Below, in pieces: positions 10,031 to 21,593 of a stretch of DNA of 30,875 nt. Every line of letters starts with the position of its first letter. Position 1 is the stretch's first letter. This DNA comes from Octopus sinensis (taxonomy: Eukaryota), in contig NW_021832470.1 in NCBI RefSeq assembly GCF_006345805.1, forward strand, positions 1 to 30,875. Reading direction: 5' to 3'. Made by a program: the position numbers and the translations under genes. The notes below the pieces were generated by a model that was not told the origin of the DNA, ran no database searches, and worked only from the letters and a program-made list of their open reading frames with translations.

Positions 10031-12392
10031 ATATGTTTGACTTTTGCTTTGTATTTGTACAAGTTTACTCCAAGTCTAACCCAGAGATCTCTCAAGAGAC
10101 AAGTTAGAATTTCAAGCTGGTGTTATGCCTATGGTGTCATATATTTGATTTTGCACAAAGTATTGTTTTAGAGAATCTTTAAGAAAAAAAAAAAAGAAAA
10201 GAAGTTTGTTTTATAATTTGAAATTACATAGACAGTATTTTACGTAGAATATCGGCAGTTCCCACGTGCACTATCTTTTGAATTTCTGTCATTTTGTGGT
10301 TTCCTGGTATCTGGGCTAGGTATGAATCAGCCCCCTTTTGCTATCATTCTTATGACAACAGGTATTGTTTTAGTCTTGAGATTCCACATTTTGCCAATTT
10401 CTATTTCAAGATTTTTAAACTTGTTCAGTTTTTTGGTAGGTCTGGACAGATACATTTATGTCGATTGGGATAGTCATATCAATGAGGAGGCATGATTTTT
10501 GTCTGAAGTCCTTCAGTATAATATCTGGCCTATTCGCATCTATCTTTTTGTCAGTTTGAGCGGCGAAGTTCCAGAGGTGTTAGATTTGGTCATTTTCAAG
10601 CCCTGGGGCATGTTCACGTTTGCAAATAACCCAGTGAATATATTGTGCTGCTCTATCATGTCTGTTGAGATATCTGTTGGTGCAAGAAGACTGCACATGG
10701 AGACAACATGATCAATAGTTTCATTTTGTTGTTTACATACACGACATGTTGGGCTACTGCCATTCTTTAATATGTTGGCCTGGTAGTTTCTTGTAGGTAG
10801 GTATTGATCTTGGGTTGCTATAATAAACCCTTCTGTTTCTAATTTTAAAACCAGAAGACACTAACCATTGATGAGTAATGGCTTTGTCAACATCGGCATT
10901 AATAGCTCTCTTTGGGTATTTGCTATTGAGAGGATTTTCTTGCTATTTAACAGTAAGAATATCTAAGGTAGCAATTCTAGCCCGGGTTTTCATACGCTTA
11001 ACTTTTTCTGTGCTTGTTTCCAGTACGTCTAATTCTGGGATTTGTTGTATTTGGAATGCTCTTAGATATTCCTTAGCCTGTTTTGTTGCTGAGTATGATG
11101 CTTTCTTGTTTTCGTGCTTTAAGACAAGTTTTAACGTCCAGTCATCAGAGTTTATCAGGTAGGTGTTTAGGCCAATTGTGGCAATCTTCATTGTTAATTC
11201 TAGTTGTAAAAGTCTACGGCCACCCTTTTTCCTTGGCTGGTAAAGTCGTTCTATATCTGCCTTGTCAAAAATTTTCGTATTTTTCTGTCAAGACTATATA
11301 TTTCAGTAATTGACCAGTTAATGATATTGAAACTGTAAGTCACGACCGGTATGGCTAAAGTATTGATCGCTTCGATCCTGTTTCCTGTATTCAGTATTCA
11401 GCTCTGTCTTGAGTATTGCCTTTACTCTGCGATAATATTCATTTCTGATCCTTTACCTCATCATTGAATGTTTGACTCCATCACCTTCAAATACCCCTAG
11501 GTGTTTGTAGCTCTCCGCTGATTCTAACTGCTTATGACATTCTTTTGGTCAAGATTAACGTTGGATGTTTCTATCATTTTAGCTTTCTATCATTTTGCAC
11601 ATTTATCAAGGCCAAATAGCATCCTGATGTCACCACTGAACTGTTTAACAATTGCTAGCAAACCCTGTAGTTGTTGGTAATTTTTTGCAAAGAGCTTTAA
11701 TTCATCCATGTAGCCATATTTTTATCAAACATTTTATAGCCATATTGTACATCATCAAGCAATTTTGAGCGGAGTATAAAGGCTAGACAAAAGAGAAGTG
11801 GTGATAGAGAGTCACCCTGGAAAATGCCACATGAAATCTCCACATCTCCAGCATTGAGTGATTCATTGTTACTGTTCAAAGTCAGTGTGTTTCTCCATGA
11901 TTTCATACTTACAGACAAGGAGTTTCGCAGCGTAGGTGCTATTTTATACATTTCCAGACATTTCTTAATCCAGCTATGTGGTAGACTATTAAAAGCTTTT
12001 TTATAGTCTATCCAGGCTATCGACAAGTTTTTGTGTCGTTTGTGACAATCTTCCAAGTTCATCTTATTGACGAGTAGCTGATCTTTACAACCATAGGACC
12101 CACGTTTACATCCTTTTTGCTCATTAGGGAATATGCCACTTTCTATTAAAAAATTGTAGATATATATAGTCAAGACAGATGTTTGTATTTCGTACATTGT
12201 TGTTAAGGTGGTTGTGGGTCTTTTGGTTCATTTGTTTCTTTATTTTTTGGAAGTATGAAGGTAACACTATTAACTAGCCAAGGTTGTTGCAAAACATTGT
12301 TATAAAGTTTTGTTAGCAGTTCACGACTCTCAGAAATTAGGAATTTTATCCTTTCCTGGAGACTTCCATTTGCTTGACTACCTGAGAGCAGA
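10031..12392 (-). mobile_element. 5'-truncated R4/Dong-like non-LTR retrotransposon (RT, zinc knuckle, restriction-like endonuclease), degenerate
   Basis: ORF 11697-12197 has EQKGC, AWIDYKKAF and GIFQGDSLSPLLF. Other frames give DELKLFAK, DKCAK, a CCHC-type remnant, RPDIILKD (RLE) and terminal GTADILRKILSM*. Bounded by (AAT)n. Confidence 0.9.
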
Positions 12393-12446
<54 letters not shown>

Positions 12447-12448
<2 letters not shown>

Positions 12449-12969
12449 GAAAAACTCACAGCTTATTTTGCTGGGTATGATGGAAAGTGTCAGCAGTCTA
12501 CAGCCAGCAGACTAACGTGACTAACGTGACACTTGTTTACTGGTTATGCTTCAAGAACCCTGAGAAGAATTCTTGTAGTCCTAAGCAATGCTGATTCTTG
12601 TAGGTGTTCTACCTTCACACTTGCACCAATCTTTTTTTTAGTCATGTTGATACTTTCCAGTGCACCGATTACTATTGGTATCACGTCTACTCTCTCCATT
12701 GACCACAACCTTCGTTTTTCCCACTTCAAATCGTCATAGCTCTCTTTACTCTTTTACTTGTTTCAGTCATGTGACTGTCGCCATGCTGGAGCACCGCCTT
12801 TAGTCGAGCAAATCGACTCCAGGACTTATTCTTTGGAAGCCTAGTACTTATTCTATCGGCCTCTTTTGCCGAACCGCTAAGTTACGAGGACGTAAACACA
12901 TCAGTATCGGTTGTCAAGCGATGTTGGGAGACTAACACAGACACGCAAACATAGACACACACACACACA

Positions 12970-13008
<39 letters not shown>

Positions 13009-13290
13009 CTTCGGGCTTCATTTCAGTTTCCATCTACCAAATCAACTCACAAGGCTTTGGTCGGCCCGAGGCTATAGTAGAAGATACTTGCCTAAGGTGC
13101 CACGCAGTGGGACTGAACCCGGAACTATGTGGTTCGTAAGCAAGCTACTTATCACACCTTTGATCCCCTGTTGTCACCGGGTCATGTTATGTCAATTATC
13201 ATACATGTTCGTTCTTTTTTATTCACGACAACAATGTCCGGTTTCCGATCTCTGGTCGGGTGATCGCATTGGTTCATTGCATCCCACCTG
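12447..13290 (-). mobile_element. Third R4/Dong-like LINE 3' fragment, split by a SINE A insertion
   Basis: RKPDIVVVNKKERTCMIID (13182-13280) and YDDLKWE...VIPIVIGAL...ALLRTTRILLRVLEA* (12544-12735); the 3' end abuts the (ATT)n at 12393-12446. Confidence 0.8.
12740..13157 (-). mobile_element. SINE family A, near full length, with internal (CA)/(TA) tract
   Basis: tRNA-like head, core CCTTAGGCAAGTATCTTCTACTATAGCC, internal microsatellite and standard tail. Confidence 0.92.
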
Positions 13291-14153
13291 AGCTTTGTAG
13301 TGTTAATAGTTATCGGGGTCTGAAATAGATTCTGTATCGGGCGATGGAGGTCAGTCTTCGTGATGCAGTATTTGCTATGCTGACTATTTACGTCTGCCAA
13401 ACGAGGTCTTCAGTGATGGTGAAAATTAGCATTTGTAGCGACTTCAGAAGAGCTGGGTACCATAATGTGTTTTGTTTTGAAATGTTTGGTGGTTGTTTCA
13501 TTGTACTTTTGAAGGTAAACAGGATTGACATAACCCAAACGGAAGTTGTTTTCGTTAGAGTTTGTGTATGTATCATTCTTAGGTGCGGAAAGATGAGGAG
13601 AAATGAAAGATAGTATTACCTGCATAAACGATGAAGTTATCGGTGGTGAGGGCAAGTATGACGTAGGTGCGTAGAAGAAACAAAACATGGGGGCCAAGAC
13701 CGAAGTATTGAGTAACACCAGAGTCGACAGTATGTAGATGAAAGAGAGAGAGAGCGGGGAGGAAGGAGAGAAGGAGGAAGAGAGGACAATAAGGAGGGAG
13801 AGGAAGAGATCTACCGGTATAGAGCTGCGATGTGATCTTTGTTGAGATGGCATAAAGTGGTTGACCATTCTGTTTCCGGTTTTACACTCCCATCTAGCCC
13901 CTTCGATGTATTTTCCGGAGTTTTTTAGTTTCAGTTATAGAGGATAGTTTTCTGGATAACTTTCTTCCTTTCTCTTAATAATCTCGGAGATTCCAAGAAA
14001 GGCTGAGGTACTGCCCTGTTTATAAAATCTTGTAAATAAATAAATTAAAAATTTGTCCTGGTACTATCTTCAGGAGTGGGAATTATAGAGTGAATTTTAG
14101 GGCTTATAAATCTAATATTTTCCTATCCTTCCTTCATACCGAAATTTCCCCAA

Positions 14154-14199
14154 GATACCTGATGAAGTCTGGAGAGTTTATTAGCCGAAACGTTGTGTT
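14154..14199 (+). ncRNA. Minimal type-I hammerhead motif, weakened stems
   Basis: GATAC-CTGATGA-A-GTCTGG..TTAGCC-GAAAC-GTT-GTGTT: canonical core; helix I has two G-U pairs; helix II has one mismatch and two G-U pairs; palindromic AACGTT. Confidence 0.5.
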
Positions 14200-14679
14200 A
14201 ACAACAAACAAGATGAGGACAAATATCCGTCAAATGTAAATAATGTTGATTGCTAGATGTTTAAGTTTATGGAAGATTTATGGTCTGATGATCACAACAT
14301 AAAAAGAAGGCACACTCACAATAACTTACAAACAAATGCACAAGTGCATTTACTACAACAAACACTACTGACCTTTGGTCTGTGTTTTGGGAGAACCAAC
14401 CTAAAACAGGGTGCCACAATTTCAGGTTCGATTTCTTCCTTAGGTAGACCCAAACCAGTATATTTTGGCTGAGAAATTGTTCGCGGTTCCTTAAATTTCC
14501 CAAGAAAATAATTAGAATAGAACGATAATTTTCGTGAGAAATGTAATTTTTTAAGAAAATATAATTTAGCTTCAACATGAATCGAAATCTTGTTGTGGAC
14601 CTTGGCTCGTAATTTCTAACTTTGAAAGCCCCTAAATTTGAATGCTTCATATTTTGCCGGGTTTACCCCGCATTTCTTA

Positions 14680-15465
14680 TACCTATTTCTTTACTACCCA
14701 CAAGGGGCTAAACACAGAGGAGACAAACAAGGACAGACAGACGGATTAAGTCGATTATATCGACCCCAGAGCGTAACTGGTACTTAATTCATCGACCCCG
14801 AAAGGATAAAAAGCAAAGTCGACCTCGGCGGAATTTGAACTTAGAACGTAACGGCAGACGAAATACCTATTTCTTTACTACCCACAAGGGGCTAAACACA
14901 GAGAGGACAAACAAGGACAGACAAATGGATTAAGTCGATTATATCGACCCCAGTGCGTAACTGGTACTTAATTTATCGACCCCGAAAGGATGAAGGCAAA
15001 GTCGACCTCGGCGGAATTTGAACTTAGAACTTAACGGCAGACGAAATACCTATTTCTTTACTACCCACAAGGGGCTAAACACAGAGAGGACAAACAGGGA
15101 CAGACAAACGGATTAAGTCGATTATATCGACCCCAGTGCGTTATTGGTACTTAATTTATCGATCCCGAAAGGATGAAAGGCAAAGTCGACCTCGGCGGAA
15201 TTTGAACTCACAACGTAACGGCAGACAAAATACCTATTTCTTTACTACCCACAAGGGGCTAAACACAGAGAGGACAAGCAAGGACAGACAAACGGATTAA
15301 GTCGATTATATCGACCCCTGTGCGTTACTGGTACTTAATTCATCGACCCCGAAAGGATGAAAGGCAAAGTCGACCTCGGCGGAATTTGAACTCAGAACGT
15401 AACGACAGGCGAAATATGGCTACGCATTTCGCCCGGTGTGCTAACGTTTCTGCCAGCTCGCCGCC
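14680..15465 (-). mobile_element. SINE family B, one head + four tandem ~184-bp bodies
   Basis: Unit boundaries at 14680, 14864, 15047 and 15231; a single A-box head at about 15415-15465. Confidence 0.92.
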
Positions 15466-16904
15466 TTTTTACTCCGCATTTCTTATAGCTCCGTATGACT
15501 AAACTGGTTAAAATAAAGGTGGGTAAATATTTACATCTTTAAAGGGTTTACTTTCTTGCGATACTTTATTAAATGGTTATGAATGAAGGCTTTTGTTTTT
15601 AAGGATTGCCAGATTTAACACTATTACTTGACCGTTAAGGTGACTTGCGCAAAGACCATTCTCTTGCAAGTACTTGTGCCAACAATCTCAGGATAACTTC
15701 TCTCCTGCCTCACTTCCACACACAGATCTTGGAAGCCTTTAAAAAAATCATGGGCGCGGTTTTTTTTCCTCTGACTAAACCATGAAAAGAAGAAAAGAAA
15801 AAAAAAATGAACGCAAATGTTTATTCCCATTTCAGAGGCTTGAGGGTACGCTTTGTTTGTCATTCTGTTATTCCTGTATTCTGTTCACTGCTTAAGAAGT
15901 TGTATTTAACGAGCAACAGTTGGCCGTTTTATATAAAGTCAATCAAATATTTACACTTTAATGAGCTTTCATTGCCTTAACTGCTAAAAGGATTAACACA
16001 AAATGTTTCCATATCATCTCTTTAGTCTGTTGTTGTTGTTTTTTTTTCTCTGTGAAGAAAAAAAGCAATAAAATAAAACGATTCTTAATATTATGAGATT
16101 TAACATATTTATTTATTATTAAAGAGGTGTATGGTTTTGACAGCAATTATTTACATAATATTTTCTGAAACCAAGCATGTATTTAAATATTTGTATCTGT
16201 CTGTGAATGTATTAGGTATATTTATGTCTACACGATTGTACGTCTTTGTTCCCGCGTGTATATGTGTATCTGACTGTGGGTCTGTAGAGCTGGGACCAGT
16301 TTGTATTCGTGTCTGTGTGAATATTTATTTTCAGACTCAATACAAACACATAAATATTTATCCTCTTGACAACTGATACAATTAGGTAGAAAATCTTAAG
16401 CAGATTTCAGAAGCGAGTCGACCTTGTAAGGAATGTATGAGTCTATCGTCTACTAACTGTCTTACACTCCTTCTACCTTCATCTCTTTCTTTCTTTCTTT
16501 CTATGTTTTCCCTCCTTTTTTCTCACTGGCTTTTCGTTCTCTCCCTCTTTTTTTCTCTCAATATCTTCTCATTTTCTTTCTTCTTTCCTTGTTTCATGTT
16601 CACTCATACAAAACTTTCCCCATAACCCATTTTCTTCTTTTTTGTACTTTTTATCCTTCTTTGCCCTCTTTTCTTCCTCTTTTTGACCTTATCTAATCCC
16701 TCACTCTTTCAATTTCTCTTACTCTCCTCCCACCACCTCTTTCGCTATTACCACTCCCCCAACACCGCCCAAACCATTTCTCCAACCTGTCCTTCTTTTC
16801 TTTCCTCACCACCTTTCTCTATTTTTATTCTTTCCTTTTTCCTTTCTCTTCCCTCTCATTCTCTCTCTCTCTCTGTCCTTTTACATTTCCCTCTCCACTT
16901 TCAG

Positions 16905-16979
16905 CCAACCAGCCATTTTTGTCTGCTACTTTGCCAGCCAAGCTTAACTGCGAAGCAGGTTCAGACACGCCGCTGTTAG
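16905..16979 (+). CDS. Candidate 75-nt internal exon of an unidentified gene (phase 1-1, NQPFLSATLPAKLNCEAGSDTPLL)
   Basis: Long pyrimidine tract ending CTTTCAG, donor TAG|GTAAGT, length divisible by three, one frame open. No homology recognised. Confidence 0.3.
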   Translation, partial: PTSHFCLLLCQPSLTAKQVQTRRC

Positions 16980-17024
16980 GTAAGTGGTTGGTCTGGATGC
17001 ACACAGTTGTTTTATATATACACG

Positions 17025-17057
17025 TACATACATACATACATAAACACATACATACAT

Positions 17058-17095
<38 letters not shown>

Positions 17096-17172
17096 TTATA
17101 TGTGTGTGTGTTTATATATATATATATATACATATAAATGTATATATATATATAATATATATATATACACAT

Positions 17173-17203
<31 letters not shown>

Positions 17204-17265
17204 CATTTATATGTGTGTTTATATATATCTGTATATACATGTATATATATGCATTTATATATATA

Positions 17266-17301
<36 letters not shown>

Positions 17302-17484
17302 CATATATATATACAGATACATATATATATATATATAAATACATATATATGTGTGTGTGTGTGTATGTATATATATATGTATACATATATATATATGTAT
17401 ACATATATATATATATAAATATATATGTATATATGTATACATATGTTTATATGTTATGTATATATGTATGTATATGTGATTAAT

Positions 17485-17531
<47 letters not shown>

Positions 17532-17598
17532 GTGTGTATGTACAGCGAGAGAGATAGAGTGGGGAACAGAGACAGAGAAAGCGAGACAAAGAAAGTAG

Positions 17599-17690
<92 letters not shown>
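17025..17690. repeat. Degenerate (TA)n/(TG)n tract followed by (GA)n
   Basis: Direct reading. Confidence 0.95.
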
Positions 17691-17691
<1 letters not shown>

Positions 17692-18041
17692 ATATCAAGA
17701 ATTATACAGTATGATGATTCGTCTTTTGTTCCTCTTGAGGTGGCCTAACGCGGAAATATAAACTACTTCTTGCCTCGTCAGCCTTCTATGGTTTGTACTG
17801 TCTGTCAGGCTATTTTTATTTGGAGCTGCTGCTGTTACTGCTGCTGCTGTTGCTCTTGTTTTCCACATCACAGATGTGTTACTATTCTTCAAGGGGGTGG
17901 CCTAGAAAGTCGAGTGCTCTACAGCTTATAGGTAAACAGCTGTTCCAGAAAGAAAGGTCTATGATACAGCAGCAGCAGTAGTATTAGTATTAGTATTAGT
18001 AGTTGTTGTTATTTAACACCAGGTCAGCTCTAATTTACGTG

Positions 18042-18081
<40 letters not shown>

Positions 18082-18186
18082 CAAAATAAAATTTTAATCA
18101 CCTTACTTTGAAATTGTATGGATAATACCATACTAAATTCTGGTGCCTCAACTTAAGTACCATATTCATCTGAATGTATGTATGTA

Positions 18187-18237
<51 letters not shown>

Positions 18238-18243
<6 letters not shown>

Positions 18244-18454
18244 TTACTGCCTACAAGGGGCTAAACACAGAGGGGACAAACAAGAACAGACACACGGATT
18301 AAGTCGATTACATCGACCCCAGTGCGTAACTGGTACATAATTTATCGACCCCGAAAGGATGAAAGGCAAAGTTGACCTCGGCGGAATTTGGACTCAGAAC
18401 GTAACGGCAGACGAAATACGGCTACGCATTTCGCTCGGCGTGCTAACGATTCTG
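18238..18454 (-). mobile_element. SINE family B, single body, head slightly truncated
   Basis: Same core and tail as the other B copies; flanked by (TA)n. Confidence 0.9.
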
Positions 18455-18456
18455 AT

Positions 18457-18506
<50 letters not shown>

Positions 18507-18554
18507 TATATACATACATACATACATACATACATACATACATACATACATACA

Positions 18555-18590
<36 letters not shown>

Positions 18591-19028
18591 CATATGTATA
18601 AGGATTGAGGTGTAGGAAGAAAGTTAGCCTCAAGCAATCCGTAGTAAATATAAAAACACAACTTTCAGGGACAATAGTGGTTTACTGAGGCGGAAGGTTG
18701 TGGATTTCTTTTCGTATCGGAGTACGATAAACTGAAAAAAGTTCTTTTTATATTTCGCGGTAGCCGACCTGGGTTGCCGGGTGTGCGAATAGGAATTACA
18801 AGAGTTATGGAATTGAGTAGATAAGATCCGGGCTACATATGCTTCATAGCGAGCAGAACCTTGGAAGTGGTGAATATCCAAGCGAGTTGTATACCGCAAG
18901 CTACTCTTCAGGCCAATGATATCTTGATTAAATGATAGTTTATATTGTCGCAAGGAGGTACATGTTAACACATGGAAGATTCAATCAGAATGTGTAGAGA
19001 GCACAATAGGAGTGGAGAATATATATAT

Positions 19029-19249
19029 TACTCTTTTATTCTTTTACTCTTTTACTTGTTTCAGTCATTTGACTGTGGCCATGCTGGAGCACCGCCTTTA
19101 GTCGAGCAACTCGACCCCGGGACTTATTTTTTTGTAAGCCCAGTACTTATTCTATCGGTCTCTTTTTGCCGAACCGCTAAGTTACGGGGACGTAAACACA
19201 CCAGTATCGATTGTCAAGCAATGCTAAGGGGACAAACACAGACACACAA

Positions 19250-19290
<41 letters not shown>

Positions 19291-19394
19291 CATATATATA
19301 CGACAGGCTTCTTTCAGTTTCCGTCTACCAAATCCACTCACAAGGCATTGGTTGGCCCGGGGCTATAGCAGAAGACACTTGCCCAAGATGCCAC
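19029..19394 (-). mobile_element. SINE family A lacking the tRNA head
   Basis: Core, internal (TA)/(TG) tract and tail match the other A copies. Confidence 0.9.
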
Positions 19395-19828
19395 AAAATG
19401 GCAGATCGTTAGTAAGGAGAGACACAAAAAAGAAAGAGGAAAGCAAAGGACCACTGATGATGTGACGAAAGAACTCTGGCCGAAACACAATTTGTTAATT
19501 GTTATAGAATAAAGCTTAAGCAAGTGAACACCAAATATATAGTGCGTATGCTTTTATTGGCTAAACTGGCAACATGACCATCCCCAAATACAATAATATC
19601 TGAACACACAATTTCACAAGATTCTTCTCTTGCAAAACGAATATATAAACGTATATATATGTGTGTGTGTGTGTGGGGGGGTGTATATATTACGGAGATG
19701 TACTTGCATAGCAAGTGACCTGATCCGAGATCGTGTGCTGAAACGAAAACAGTTGCAGCATGGAAGGTGTTTATAAGCCATTTAAAACACACAAAAACCG
19801 TTAGATTCACTTCAACATTTAGATTTAA

Positions 19829-19879
19829 TTTGCCAAAATATTTTCGTCGCTTTGAAACCGCGACCTGTTCACTGACAAA
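19829..19879 (-). ncRNA. Hammerhead-like motif with compensated G3:C8 core
   Basis: TTTGTCA-GTGAACA-G-GTCGC(GGTTTCAAA)GCGAC-GAAAATATTT-TGGCAAA: helix I 7 bp (one G-U), helix II 5 bp, palindromic AAATATTT helix III. Confidence 0.55.
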
Positions 19880-20119
19880 ATTCCGTCATGCAGCGCGGAA
19901 TTTTGTCAGTGAACTATGCAGAAGCAGCCATAGTTGAAACAAGAACAACAAGCATTTTTAAAAGAGAAAAGAAGCATGGTCATTCCTTACCCAAGTGACC
20001 TTATCTTATCGCCCATCACTTATGCACTTATAAATTATTTTGATAATTGAACTCTGGTTGGCTGTATGCAAATGAGTTCATAACTGGGATTCGGAACTCT
20101 CGTGGGAAAAAAAAATTTC

Positions 20120-20327
20120 GCTGGTGGGACGTTGGTCCGTCGCAGGTGGGCTATAAGATGCAGGAGGAAAGAGCAAGAAAAAGTTGTGGCGAAGGAGTCA
20201 GCAGAAGTTCGCCGCTACCTTCTGCCGAAGCCGTATGGAGCTTAGGTGTTTCGGTCATAAACACACACATTGCCCTGTTTGAGATTCGAACCCGCGATTC
20301 CTCGACTGCCTGTCCGCTGGGATCTAG
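20120..20327 (-). mobile_element. SINE family C-related copy
   Basis: B box GGGTTCGAATCTC, shared ACCTAAGCTCCA..GGCTTCGGCAG domain, then CCTGCGACGGAC (resembles V-SINE tails, from recall). Confidence 0.65.
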
Positions 20328-20590
20328 TTTTTTTCATTCGCAAATTATGCATTTTTTAAAAGGAAGTAAAAAATCTGAAAATCGGTTATAATAAAGTATC
20401 CTTCCAGTCTCATTGCTGTGAAGGTATGATGTGGAGAAAAATATTGGAGTAAAAAGTTACAGAGGTTTAAAAATCAACAAAACTGTGTATTTATTGCTAA
20501 TAGCGAGACAGAAATTTTCTGCGATTAGCGGAACGGTGTCACCTTTAAGATTGTACCCTGTGAAATATTTGAAATGAAAAATATATAAAA

Positions 20591-20972
20591 CTAGCAGTAT
20601 CGCCCGGCGTTGCTCGGGTTTGTAAGGGAAATAACTATACAGCATTTTTAGAGAGTTATAGCCAAAAAATAGCAAAAAATGCATTAAAAATGGAAAAAAT
20701 ATGATGGTAAATTTTTTTTTAAATCGTTGACTCATCGTAGACATTTTTAGAGAGTTACTTCCCTTTAAAAAAATATGCATGGAAATGGAAAAAAATGATG
20801 GTAAATTATTTTTAAAATCGTAGACTCATCGTAGACGCGCGCTAATACACAGAAGGGCTCGATATGAATCACGACTATAAGATACCCGGTTTTGGTTAAA
20901 CTGCACCGCAAAATGTGGGAGTAGTTAGGAATCTAAATCGAAGGGGACAGACACTCACACAACTACAGTTTT
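20591..20972 (-). mobile_element. Non-autonomous Helitron
   Basis: Minus-strand 3' end is a GC-rich hairpin CCCGAGCAACGCCGGG followed 8 nt later by CTAG|T, the Helitron terminal signature. The 5' TC end is not visible. Internal ~95-bp tandem duplication. Confidence 0.7.
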
Positions 20973-21399
20973 AACACACAGAAGCACAGAAAAATATGTA
21001 ATATACTAACACACAGAAAAATTAAAACAAAACACGCAGGTGAAAAGAATCTCGTGGTGTGAAGGATCAAGTGTGAAGAATCAACATAGACAACAGCGGC
21101 ACAGACAACAGTGAACCACAACACAGCATGCGGTTGTCACGGTAACGAGATGCTAATGCCACGCTGTCTGTTGACTGGCTAAAATTACCCGAATTTCCAC
21201 ACTTTAATCCCAAGTAACATCAGATTCTTTAATTTACGAGATAACGTAAATTGGTTGATCGTTATTGAAATTCAGAGTTGCATCGATACACCAAAATAGA
21301 AAGCTATGTGAGCAAAATTAAGTGGGGGGGGGGCTCATTTTGCGAATGAGAAACACTAGATCCGTCCGCTGCTCTAACCACTTTGCCATGTGCCTCCAC

Positions 21400-21430
<31 letters not shown>

Positions 21431-21593
21431 CATACACAAAAATGTATACACTCGTCTATACACATTAACAACACACACACACACAAAAAACAAACACACA
21501 CGCACAGATATCTTCAAATCTCCACAAAAATATACTCTGTGTTTAAATCCTATAAATTCATTCTATTTGTCGATGATACTTAAAATTTAGTAA

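Noticed and set aside
9386-10171. Poly-Ile/Leu/Tyr/His/Asn ORFs resembling membrane or low-complexity proteins
   Set aside because: Direct read-out of (ATT)n/(ATC)n.
14680-15465. Regular arrays (also 28183-29174) superficially like CRISPR
   Set aside because: Units are ~184-bp near-identical SINE bodies with no unique spacers, in eukaryotic DNA without cas genes.
15624-15863. Minus-strand ORF with a possible exon FQDLCVEVRQERSYPEIVGTSTCKRMVFAQVTLTV
   Set aside because: Weak splice sites and no recognisable homology; not supportable without RNA data.
15958-16017. Signal-peptide-like MIWKHFVLILLAVKAMKAH
   Set aside because: Ends in a stop with no splice donor to continue it.
19454-19495. CTGATGA...GAAAC hammerhead look-alike
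   Set aside because: Neither helix I nor helix II can be paired convincingly.
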